DNA of 64,000 bases from an uncultured Dehalococcoidaceae bacterium (GCA_964493435.1 CAZBMB010000003.1:194016-258015), one strand, 5' to 3'; shown: positions 45,459 through 54,246, numbered from the stretch's first letter. Notes: generated by a model not told the origin, from the sequence alone. Numbers and translations: made by a program.

Positions 45459-48152
45459 ATGGAAACGATAACTATCACGCTTGACGGAGTTGAAGTAAGC
45501 GGCCGTTCCGGGATGACCATCCTGGAGTTAGCTCAGGAATCAGGGATAGACATCCCAACTCTCTGTTACGACCCCTGTCTTATACCAACCGGCGCCTGTC
45601 GTGTCTGCTTGGTTGAGGATGAAAGTTCGGCAGCACTGCTAGCCTCTTGTGTCACCCCCATCAGAAGCGGAATGGTAATTAATACCCGGTCGGAGCGGGT
45701 AGTAGAGCGACGAAAGATAATCGTCCAACTCCTGCTGGCCAGCCATCCTGATTCCTGTCTGGTGTGTGACAAGGGTAACCGCTGTCAATTACGGGAATTA
45801 GCCTCCGAGATGGGTATAGGACTACTGGATTTCCCGCGAATCTCCCAACTGCATACTATCGAAGAAGTCAATCCATATATTGAACGAGACCTCTCCAAAT
45901 GTATCCTCTGCGCCAAATGTATTCGCTCTGACCACGAACTGGTTGTTGAAGGCGCTATCGATTATATCGGCCGTGGATTCAGTTCCAAACCGGCAACAAT
46001 TGATGATTTACCACTGGAGAAGTCTGAGTGCACCTTTTGCGGCACTTGCGTGGCCCTATGCCCTACTGGCGCTCTAATCGAAAAGGAGAGGACATATCGT
46101 GGTACAACTACATCTAGTGTAGAGACGGTGTGCCCTTTTTGTGGTTGCGGATGTGGCCTTCGCCTGGAAACTAAAGGTAACCGCCTAGTACGTGTAAGTC
46201 CAAATGCCAAGAGTCCCGTGAATCGCAATACTCTTTGTGTAAGAGGGAGTTACGGCTTTGACTTTGTGCATAGTCCGGATAGATTGACCAGTCCTTTAAT
46301 CAGGTCGGGTGACGACTTCCAAACGGCATCATGGGAGCAAGCTTTAAATTTGATATCGGATGAATTCAAGCGCATAAAGGAGCGGCATGGTCCCGATAGC
46401 CTAGCTATTCTTGGCTCTTCCAAGTGCACCAATGAGGAAAACTATTTGCTGCAGAGATTCGCAAGGGCAGCACTGGGTACCAACAACATCGATAACGGCA
46501 GCCGAATGTATAACCCGCCAACCAGAATCGGGCTGGGATGGACCATTGGAATTCCAGGGACCACAAACGAGCTGGATGATTTGGAAAAGTCAGAGGTGGT
46601 AATGGTTGTTGGCGCCAATCCAGCGGTCTCTGCCCCGGCTGTGGGCTACGCCATAAAGCGCGCTGTTAAGTATAAGGGGGCCAAGCTGGTACTCGTTGAT
46701 CCAAGAGAAACCAGCCTGGCGCCGTTCGCACATCTATGGCTGAGGCCACTGGTCGGAACTGATGCCGTATTGCTGAGTGCTATGTCAAGGGTGATAGTTG
46801 AGGAAAGACTATTCGACGAGGAGTTTATCACCCGCAGAGCAGACAACTATGCGGAATTTGAAATAAGCTTGCAGTTATATACTCCGAAAAAGGTGGAGGA
46901 AATAACCGGTGTCTTCTGTGAAGATGTACAACTTGCTGCCCGCCTCTTTGCTGCGGCGGAGAGTGCTTCTATAGTTTACGGCAATGGAATCGCCCAGCAA
47001 GCCAACGCCATCAGCAGCGTCATGGCCTTAGCGAACCTTGCGATGTTAACTGGGAACATCGGTCATCGGGGAGGGGGTATCTTTGCCCTGCAGCGGGAGA
47101 ACAATGCCCAAGGAGCCTGTGATATGGGTAGTTTACCTGATTTCCTTCCCGGATATCAGGGTTTGGAGGAGGCTGAGGCGAAACAGAAATTCGAGGCAAG
47201 GTGGAAAGTTTCTTTGCCAACCAGCGCCGGGCTTAACGCTTTAGAAATGATGGAAGAAGTAAAAAAAGGGAAGATCAAGGGAATGTTAATCGTAGGGGAA
47301 AATCCAGTTTCAAGTTTTCCTTGCCCTTCACGGGTTAGGGAAGCGCTATCCTCTCTTGAATTTTGCGCCGTATCCGATCTTTTCCCTACCGAAACGGTGA
47401 AATTAGCTGACGTGGTTCTGCCTACCGCCAGTTTTGCCGAGAAAGAGGGAACATTCACCAACTTTGAAGGCAGGGTTCAGCACCTAGGCAAGGCCATTGA
47501 GCCCCTTGGCGATAGCCTGCCGGATTGGAGGATTGTCCTTCAATTGGCCAACCGGATGGGCCACCAAATGCCTTATGCCTCCCCACAGGAGGTTACGGAT
47601 GAGATTAAGGAATTGGTTCCCCTGTACCGGCACCTGGGCTATACCGATATAAATAATCGAGAGCTCGATTTGACTGATTTGGAAAATGACCGTTTAGGTG
47701 TAAAGCGTTTGCACAAAGGACCTTTTCCAAGTGGATTCGGGCGGTTTGCCCAAGTGGATTATAGCCCTACGCCAGATGGTCTCGGTAAGGAATATCCCTT
47801 TACTCTCATAGTGGGATCAATACTGCATCATTTTGGCAGTGGCACCAGGAGTTTTAGAGCATCACGTTTGAAAAAATTTTCGTCACATGCCTGGCTGGAA
47901 ATCGGTGGGGCTGATGCTAAAGCTTTTGGTTTTCACGATGGTGATAGAGTTAAAATCGTCTCACCATGTGGTGAAATAACTGCCATCTTGAGGTTAACGG
48001 AAACACTACCACTAAGAACGCTTTTTCTGCCGATGTCATTTCCGGAGAGTCCTTCAAATGAGCTTTTCAGTGTTACTCCAGATCTTCAGGATAAAATCCC
48101 TTCATTTAAAAGCTGTCTGGTAAGACTGGAAAGGGTTGATAGGAATGGTTAA
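45459..48152 (+). CDS. FdhA/NuoG-like FeS + molybdopterin-fold subunit with substituted formate dehydrogenase active-site residues
   Basis: 897 aa. 2Fe-2S (CYDPC...CRVC), H-x3-C-x2-C-x5-C, two ferredoxin motifs, and a MopB 4Fe-4S (CPFCGCGC...LCVRG). The Sec/Cys-His position reads GSRMYNPPT. Confidence 0.85.
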   Translation: METITITLDGVEVSGRSGMTILELAQESGIDIPTLCYDPCLIPTGACRVCLVEDESSAALLASCVTPIRSGMVINTRSERVVERRKIIVQLLLASHPDSCLVCDKGNRCQLRELASEMGIGLLDFPRISQLHTIEEVNPYIERDLSKCILCAKCIRSDHELVVEGAIDYIGRGFSSKPATIDDLPLEKSECTFCGTCVALCPTGALIEKERTYRGTTTSSVETVCPFCGCGCGLRLETKGNRLVRVSPNAKSPVNRNTLCVRGSYGFDFVHSPDRLTSPLIRSGDDFQTASWEQALNLISDEFKRIKERHGPDSLAILGSSKCTNEENYLLQRFARAALGTNNIDNGSRMYNPPTRIGLGWTIGIPGTTNELDDLEKSEVVMVVGANPAVSAPAVGYAIKRAVKYKGAKLVLVDPRETSLAPFAHLWLRPLVGTDAVLLSAMSRVIVEERLFDEEFITRRADNYAEFEISLQLYTPKKVEEITGVFCEDVQLAARLFAAAESASIVYGNGIAQQANAISSVMALANLAMLTGNIGHRGGGIFALQRENNAQGACDMGSLPDFLPGYQGLEEAEAKQKFEARWKVSLPTSAGLNALEMMEEVKKGKIKGMLIVGENPVSSFPCPSRVREALSSLEFCAVSDLFPTETVKLADVVLPTASFAEKEGTFTNFEGRVQHLGKAIEPLGDSLPDWRIVLQLANRMGHQMPYASPQEVTDEIKELVPLYRHLGYTDINNRELDLTDLENDRLGVKRLHKGPFPSGFGRFAQVDYSPTPDGLGKEYPFTLIVGSILHHFGSGTRSFRASRLKKFSSHAWLEIGGADAKAFGFHDGDRVKIVSPCGEITAILRLTETLPLRTLFLPMSFPESPSNELFSVTPDLQDKIPSFKSCLVRLERVDRNG

Positions 48153-48630
48153 AGCAAAGAAAATCACGAAAGCCGATCTCAAGCGAATAGGCAAAATCGT
48201 AGCTGAATACCGGGAGCAAAAATGGTCGCTGATTCCGCTTTTGCAGGAGGTTCAAGATACACTGGGCTATATACCCTCGGAGGCGATTCCGCGCATTGCG
48301 AGGAGTCTGGGGCTGTTTCCCAGCCAAGTCCAGGGGGTGATAACTTTCTACTCCCAGCTCTATACAGAACCACGAGGGAAAAACGTTGTCAGGGTGTGTC
48401 GGGGGACCGCTTGCCACGTGCGTGGCGGTAAGACAATACTGAAACTTGTCAAGCAGCAGCTTGGCATTGAAGAGGGAGAAACGACGCCAGATATGGAATA
48501 TACCCTAGAGACAGTTGCCTGCATCGGCGTCTGCGCGCTGGCACCGAACATAGTCGTTAATCAGGCTACGCACGGTCACATGAACCCCAAGAAAGTGGCC
48601 TATTTATTCAGCAGGAAGGAAGAGGCCTAA
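48136..48630 (+). CDS. NuoE/HydC-like thioredoxin-fold [2Fe-2S] subunit
   Basis: 164 aa (start at 48136 or 48145). Contains VCRGTACHVRG...VACIGVCALAP. Confidence 0.85.
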   Translation: MIGMVKAKKITKADLKRIGKIVAEYREQKWSLIPLLQEVQDTLGYIPSEAIPRIARSLGLFPSQVQGVITFYSQLYTEPRGKNVVRVCRGTACHVRGGKTILKLVKQQLGIEEGETTPDMEYTLETVACIGVCALAPNIVVNQATHGHMNPKKVAYLFSRKEEA

Positions 48631-48633
48631 AAC

Positions 48634-51600
48634 ATGTTGCAGCATCGCACCATTTATGTCTGTCGAGGCACCGGATGCGTCTCCGGTGGTGGCGACGCCG
48701 TTTTTCAGGCACTCAGTACTGAAGTGCTCAAGCAGCAAGTGAAGAATATTGCTGTAGACTTCACCGGTTGCCATGGCTTTTGCCAGCAGGGACCAAATGT
48801 CATCGTTGAGCCGGAGGGTATTTTTTATACCCACGTAGCGCCGGGGGATGCCGCCGAGATAGTAACCTCGCATCTAAAGAACGGAAAACCAGTGGAGCGA
48901 CTTTTCTACCGCGATCCGATGACCGACGAGGCGGTACCACACTACGCTGATATCAATTTCTACCAGAAACAGGAGCGCGTTATTCTGCGCCATTGCGGGC
49001 ATATTAATCCAGAGAAAATCGATGATTACCTTGCCGGTGACGGATATCAAGCTTTACGCAAGGTCCTGTTCCATATGACGCCAGAACAGGTGATTGAGGA
49101 GATTCAAAAATCTGGACTTCGGGGCCGCGGCGGTGCCGGATTTCCAACCGGACGCAAATGGGAGTTCTGTCGCAATGCTGCCGGTTCACAAAAGTACGTT
49201 ATCTGCAATGCCGATGAAGGCGACCCCGGTGCTTTTATGGACCGGTCCATACTTGAGGCTGACCCTCATGCTGTTATCGAAGGCCTGACTATCGCCGCTT
49301 ATGCAGTCGGTGCGGCCGAGGGCTATATCTACGTCCGTGCCGAGTATCCTCTTGCCGTGTCCCGACTTCACACCGCCCTCGCTCAGGCCCGGGAAAGGGG
49401 ATATCTGGGGGATAATATACTGGACTCCGGCTTCAATTTCACCGTACACCTCAAGGAAGGCGCCGGGGCCTTTGTCTGCGGGGAGGAAACGGCGCTGATT
49501 GCCTCCATTGAGAGCCTCCGCGGTATGCCCCGCCCCCGCCCGCCGTTTCCCGCTCAGTCAGGTCTGGATGGTAAACCCACCATCATCAACAACGTAAAAA
49601 CGCTGGCTTCCATCCCGGTCATCATTGAACATGGCGCCGATTGGTTTGCAGACATTGGTACGGAGAAAAGCAAGGGCACGGTGGTATTTGCCCTTACCGG
49701 CAAGATTGCCAATAGCGGTCTGGTAGAGGTACCTATGGGCACCCCGTTGTCTCATATTATCTATGATGTTGGCGGCGGTATTCCTCGAGACAAGCGTCTC
49801 AAAGCGGTGCAAACCGGTGGCCCGTCAGGTGGCTGCATTCCGGCCCGCTTCATTGACCTGCCCGTAGACTACGAATCGTTAAAAGGGCTGGGCTCAATAA
49901 TGGGGTCTGGCGGCATGGTGGTGATGGATGAGACCACCTGTATGGTCGAGATAGCGAGATACTTTCTCAGTTTCACCCAGGATGAGTCCTGCGGTAAATG
50001 TACCCCGTGCCGCTTGGGTACCAAACAGATGCTGGAAATCCTGACCCGAATCACGGAAGGAAAAGGGCAGGAAGAAGACATTGACACATTGCTTACCATT
50101 GCGGCTACGGTCAAAGAGTGCTCATTATGCGGCCTCGGTCAGACTTCGCCTAACCCGGTACTGACCACCATCAATTATTTCCGGGATGAATATGAAGCAC
50201 ACATCAGAGAAAAAAGGTGTCCGGCCGCTGTTTGCGATGCTCTGATGATCTCACCATGCCAGCATACCTGTCCGGTGGGCGTCAATATTCCAAAGTATGT
50301 GGCTCATATCGCCGCTGGCGAATATCGGGAGGCAATTAACACCATCAGAGAGCGCAATCCCTTTCCCGCTATCTGTGGCCGTATATGCCATCACCCCTGC
50401 GAATCCAGGTGTCGCCGTGGAGAGCTGGATGATCCGGTAGCCATAAGAGAACTCAAGCGTTTTGCCTCCGACTGGTCTTTCAAGCATGTAAAAGAAGATC
50501 CTATACCATTTCCACAGACAAAAGGCCAGCATGTAGCAGTGGTCGGGGCCGGCCCCACGGGTTTATCTTGCGCCTACTTTCTGGCACAGATGGGCTATCC
50601 GGTGACCGTTTTTGAAGCCCTCCCCATAGGCGGTGGCATGCTGTCGGTGGCGATACCTGAATTTAGATTGCCTCACGAGATAATTCAAAAGGAGATAGAT
50701 TTCATTGCCAAGAAAGGAGTAGAGATAAGGTACAATACTCCCATAAACGTCAATTTCACGGTGGAAGACCTCAGAAAAGACGGTTATGATGCCGTCTTTA
50801 TCGCTTCTGGTGCCCAGAGAAGTCAGCGCATCGGAATTCCCGGTGAACTAGAGGATGCCGCCGGTTTCTATTACGGGCTGCGGTTCCTGAGAGATATCAA
50901 ACTGGGCAGGCAGGTTGATATTGGCCATCGGGTAGTGATTATCGGCGGTGGCAACGTAGCTCTGGATACGGCTCGCTCGTCACTTCGGCTTGGCGCTGAT
51001 GAAGTGAGTATCTTTTACCGTCGGTCGCGTGAGGAAATGCCAGTTACCGAGGTGGAATACGACCAAGCTATCGCCGAAGGTATAAAAGTCAATTATCTGG
51101 TCAGTCCGACCAGAATCGAAAGCGAGAACTGGAAGGTAACCGGCCTGCAGTGTATCCGGATGAGCCTCGGGGAACCTGACGAGAGCGGTCGCCGACGGCC
51201 AATCCCAATCGCTGGCTCGGAATTCTTTGTCCCGGCAGATACCGTGATTGCTGCCGTCGGCCAAGCCCCTGACCTGTCCTTTCTGCCCGCCGATAGCGCG
51301 CTGGAACGCACCCGCTGGGAGACCCTGGTTGTAGATAGCAATTCCCTAGCGACAAATGTTAGCGGTATTTTCGCCGGTGGCGATTTTGTTACCGGGCCGG
51401 CTATGGTGATAGACGCCATTGCTGCGGGGAGAAGAGGGGCTATCGCCATCGACAAATACCTGAAAGGCGATGTTTCCAAGGTCCAGATTTACGACCTGAA
51501 AACGAAAATTGTCAGTGCAGCACCCGAACAGGAAGTTGAAGAATCCTGGGAAGAACAGCCAAGGGTTTCTGCACCAACACTTCCTGTTCAGAGAAGAAAG

Positions 51601-51690
51601 GCGAGCTTTGATGAAGTTGAACTTGCTTTTTCGGCAAAGAAGGCCGCGCAGGAGGCTAAACGCTGTCTAAGATGTGACTTAGAGGGGTAA
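48634..51690 (+). CDS. NuoF/HydB-like FMN/NADH subunit fused to a GltD/NfnB-like FAD/NADPH domain
   Basis: 1018 aa. N-terminal 2Fe-2S Trx-like domain, GLRGRGGAGFPTGRKWEF, and CGKCTPCRLGT. These are followed by a Cys-rich GltD N-terminal region, VAVVGAGPTGLSCAYFLA and VVIIGGGNVALDTA. Confidence 0.85.
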   Translation: MLQHRTIYVCRGTGCVSGGGDAVFQALSTEVLKQQVKNIAVDFTGCHGFCQQGPNVIVEPEGIFYTHVAPGDAAEIVTSHLKNGKPVERLFYRDPMTDEAVPHYADINFYQKQERVILRHCGHINPEKIDDYLAGDGYQALRKVLFHMTPEQVIEEIQKSGLRGRGGAGFPTGRKWEFCRNAAGSQKYVICNADEGDPGAFMDRSILEADPHAVIEGLTIAAYAVGAAEGYIYVRAEYPLAVSRLHTALAQARERGYLGDNILDSGFNFTVHLKEGAGAFVCGEETALIASIESLRGMPRPRPPFPAQSGLDGKPTIINNVKTLASIPVIIEHGADWFADIGTEKSKGTVVFALTGKIANSGLVEVPMGTPLSHIIYDVGGGIPRDKRLKAVQTGGPSGGCIPARFIDLPVDYESLKGLGSIMGSGGMVVMDETTCMVEIARYFLSFTQDESCGKCTPCRLGTKQMLEILTRITEGKGQEEDIDTLLTIAATVKECSLCGLGQTSPNPVLTTINYFRDEYEAHIREKRCPAAVCDALMISPCQHTCPVGVNIPKYVAHIAAGEYREAINTIRERNPFPAICGRICHHPCESRCRRGELDDPVAIRELKRFASDWSFKHVKEDPIPFPQTKGQHVAVVGAGPTGLSCAYFLAQMGYPVTVFEALPIGGGMLSVAIPEFRLPHEIIQKEIDFIAKKGVEIRYNTPINVNFTVEDLRKDGYDAVFIASGAQRSQRIGIPGELEDAAGFYYGLRFLRDIKLGRQVDIGHRVVIIGGGNVALDTARSSLRLGADEVSIFYRRSREEMPVTEVEYDQAIAEGIKVNYLVSPTRIESENWKVTGLQCIRMSLGEPDESGRRRPIPIAGSEFFVPADTVIAAVGQAPDLSFLPADSALERTRWETLVVDSNSLATNVSGIFAGGDFVTGPAMVIDAIAAGRRGAIAIDKYLKGDVSKVQIYDLKTKIVSAAPEQEVEESWEEQPRVSAPTLPVQRRKASFDEVELAFSAKKAAQEAKRCLRCDLEG

Positions 51691-51726
51691 CACCTTAGAC
51701 ATTACTAGCTTGATGGGAGGGCTATC

Positions 51727-52371
51727 ATGAAATCAATAACCAGACAGAAACCGCTGGAAGAAATACAGGAGCAATTGGCTAACCTTGATCATGTATTCAT
51801 TATTGGTTGCGGTACGTGCACGACTATGACTAAAACCGGCGGGATCGACCAAGTTCTGGAGATGAAGGATCATCTTTTGGAGATAGGTAAACGGGTCAGT
51901 GGCTGGACCGTTATCCCGACCGCCTGCGACGAGATGACCGAGGCAGCAATGAAGGAAAACAGGCGAGCGATTGAAAACGCAAATTGCATTCTGATAATGA
52001 CCTGTGCCTTGGGGGTACACCGGATAAATTCGTATATTGACCGGCCTGTAGTACCGGCACTGGATACTCTGTTCATAGCTGTAGAAGAGGCTCCGGGATA
52101 CTTCCGTGAGGTTTGCGTCCAGTGCGGTCAATGCGTCTTAGGTGAAACTGCTGGTATCTGCCCGATTACCAATTGCCACAAGGGACTGGTCAATGGCCCA
52201 TGTGGCGGCACCAATAACGGCAAGTGCGAGGTTGATAAGGAAAAAGATTGTGCCTGGACCCTTATCTACGAGCGTCTGAAAGCGCAGGGGCGTCTTGATT
52301 TGATGCGCAAGTATCAGCCTCCACATAATTACCAGGTAATGCCCCGGCCGAGAACCATCAAAATAGAATGA
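51727..52371 (+). CDS. metV: MetV (methylene-THF reductase C-terminal-domain FeS/zinc-ribbon subunit)
   Basis: 214 aa. Contains IIGCGTCTT...CVQCGQCVL...CPITNCHKGLVNGPCGG...GKCEVDKEKDCAW. Confidence 0.8.
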   Translation: MKSITRQKPLEEIQEQLANLDHVFIIGCGTCTTMTKTGGIDQVLEMKDHLLEIGKRVSGWTVIPTACDEMTEAAMKENRRAIENANCILIMTCALGVHRINSYIDRPVVPALDTLFIAVEEAPGYFREVCVQCGQCVLGETAGICPITNCHKGLVNGPCGGTNNGKCEVDKEKDCAWTLIYERLKAQGRLDLMRKYQPPHNYQVMPRPRTIKIE

Positions 52372-52388
52372 GCGAGGAGGTTAGGATA

Positions 52389-53279
52389 ATGGTGTCGCGC
52401 TTTCGAGATGCTTTAAACTCCGGAAAGTTCGTCATTACCAGTGAGGTGGCACCGCCAAAGGGAACCAACATCGATAAAATGCTCCACCATATTGACCTAC
52501 TTAAAGACAAGGTGGACGCCATTAACGTCACTGACCACCAGAGCTCGGTCATGCGTTTCCCTTCCCTTGGCGGTTGCCTCGCCATTAAGGAGCGGGGTGG
52601 TGAGCCTGTTTTACAGATGACCTGCCGGGATCGTAACCGCCTGGCACTTCAGGCTGAACTCCTGTTAGCGCATACACGGGGGATCAACAATGTCCTTTGC
52701 CTTACTGGTGATGCTATTCCTGTAGGGGACCACAAGGAAGCCAAAGGTGTCTTTGATTTCGATTCGGTTCAGTTATTAAAGGCCATCCGTGGCATGGAAT
52801 CGGGCCAGGATATGGGAAGTAATAGTCTCGATGGGTCTGTGGAATTTTGCGCTGGTGCCATTGTCACTCCGGAAGCCCAACCAATCGAGCCCCAGCTCAT
52901 CAAGTTTGAAAAAAAGGTTGAGGCAGGTGCCGAGTTCTTTCAAACCCAGGCCATCTATGACCTTGAGAATTTCGGCAAGTTCATGCAATACGCGCGACAG
53001 TTTCCAGTGAAAATACTGGCCGGCATCGTTCTATTGTCCTCCGCGAGAATGGCCAAGTACATGAATGAAAATGTTCCCGGTATCTTCGTGCCTCAAGACC
53101 TGGTTGATGAATTAGGTAGCGTTGCTAAGGAGGAGATGTTGACCAAAGGTATTGAGATTGCCGGGCGTATGATAGCCACATTGAAAAAGGAGGCCATCTG
53201 CGATGGCGTCCATATCATGGCTATTGCCAAAGAGGAAGTGGTCCCCGATATCCTTGTCGCTGCCGGACTCGAAGTTTGA
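52389..53279 (+). CDS. metF: 5,10-methylenetetrahydrofolate reductase MetF
   Basis: Start probably the ATG at 52389, 8 nt after GAGGAGG (alternative start 52368 overlaps the metV stop). Contains FVITSEVAPPKG...LTGD.... Confidence 0.8.
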   Translation: MVSRFRDALNSGKFVITSEVAPPKGTNIDKMLHHIDLLKDKVDAINVTDHQSSVMRFPSLGGCLAIKERGGEPVLQMTCRDRNRLALQAELLLAHTRGINNVLCLTGDAIPVGDHKEAKGVFDFDSVQLLKAIRGMESGQDMGSNSLDGSVEFCAGAIVTPEAQPIEPQLIKFEKKVEAGAEFFQTQAIYDLENFGKFMQYARQFPVKILAGIVLLSSARMAKYMNENVPGIFVPQDLVDELGSVAKEEMLTKGIEIAGRMIATLKKEAICDGVHIMAIAKEEVVPDILVAAGLEV

Positions 53280-53422
53280 TTGGGCTATTACTTGGATCAA
53301 AACAAGTTTCTAACAAAAAATTGCATCGTTGCCTATTTAACAAAAGTCTGTTTTGTATTATTCGGGTAATAACCGTTCCTTTTTTAATTTCATCATTTAG
53401 CTACAAGCATTTAGCTTTGGCA

Positions 53423-53450
53423 TTGACCGCACCTTTATTGGTGATATAAT
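53423..53450 (+). promoter_or_regulatory. strong promoter (TTGACC-16-TGaTATAAT, extended -10) giving a leaderless mRNA
   Basis: The -10 box ends at 53450 and the ATG of the next ORF is at 53457, which is the expected transcription start position. Confidence 0.6.
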
Positions 53451-53456
53451 TCGCAT

Positions 53457-53768
53457 ATGACCATTAATAAAGGATTAATAACCATAATTATTGCCTGCAT
53501 AACTTCAATACTTATTGTTCTAGCATTTATCAAAGACAGCTTGGTTAGTGTTTTTGTGGCTATTGGAACATTATCACTTGCTGCAATTACATGGTGGAGT
53601 ATTTCCAGTAGCGACCGCAGAGAGCGTCGCCGCACACAATCCGAGATAGATAAAGAAGACCGCGATAGAACCGAGCGATATTTAAATGAAATCATCAGCT
53701 GGTTAACAGCACTTGAAGGGCGAATATTCCAATCGGGAAAACCTATAGCTGAAGAGCATGGAGGATGA
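53457..53768 (+). CDS. small two-TM protein with highly charged C-terminal helix (hypothetical)
   Basis: 103 aa. Two hydrophobic helices, then SSSDRRERRRTQSEIDKEDRDRTERYL. Sits in an AT-rich context. Confidence 0.5.
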   Translation: MTINKGLITIIIACITSILIVLAFIKDSLVSVFVAIGTLSLAAITWWSISSSDRRERRRTQSEIDKEDRDRTERYLNEIISWLTALEGRIFQSGKPIAEEHGG

Positions 53769-54042
53769 GCAAGTTTTTGTTGATACAACGAGAGCTGAGT
53801 TTCTGTCGTTCTCATTTCTTGATGAGTTGATCTTTTGGCTTGCAGGTTCTCGCAATATGGGGAAAGCTGTGTTTATTATTGACAATACGGTTATTGAGGA
53901 TAAATTGTCACGTATTGCTGCTATTCGTGGTGTAGACGTTCACTATAAAACTGCCACGAGTAGTGAAATTGCACTATTATCTCCTACGGTCAGGTCAAAC
54001 GTAAATTCGCGGTTTGTACCAGTGAAAACTGCCCTAAAATAA
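53758..54042 (+). CDS. small soluble protein, possibly STAS-like (DUF4325-type) fold (hypothetical)
   Basis: 94 aa; overlaps the previous ORF by 11 nt. VFVDTTRAEFLSFSFLDELIFWL resembles the DUF4325 core, from memory only. Confidence 0.4.
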   Translation: MEDEQVFVDTTRAEFLSFSFLDELIFWLAGSRNMGKAVFIIDNTVIEDKLSRIAAIRGVDVHYKTATSSEIALLSPTVRSNVNSRFVPVKTALK

Positions 54043-54069
54043 TAAATATCGCCCGATTGACAGCAAATA

Positions 54070-54104
54070 AATGCCCACCGATTATAGTCGGTGGGCATTT
54101 TCTC
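54070..54104 (+). terminator. strong intrinsic terminator
   Basis: 12-bp perfect stem AATGCCCACCGA/TCGGTGGGCATT, 6-nt loop, then TTTCTCTCTC. Confidence 0.75.
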
Positions 54105-54246
54105 TCTCTCGATAAACGTTATTACTGGTAAAGGCGTTTTAAAGCTAACTTTTTTAATAGGCTTAAAAGATTAGTAGCAAATCAGTAAAAAGTAATCCCC
54201 TGTCTTGATAATTTAGCTTGAAAACAGGAGATTATTATTGTCTTAA

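Noticed and set aside
45459-48152. Annotating the 897-aa protein as a genuine (seleno)formate dehydrogenase
   Set aside because: There is no in-frame TGA, and the Sec/Cys-His pair is Tyr-Asn (GSRMYNPPT) by my alignment to the FdhF motif. It is therefore called FdhA-like, with function unknown.
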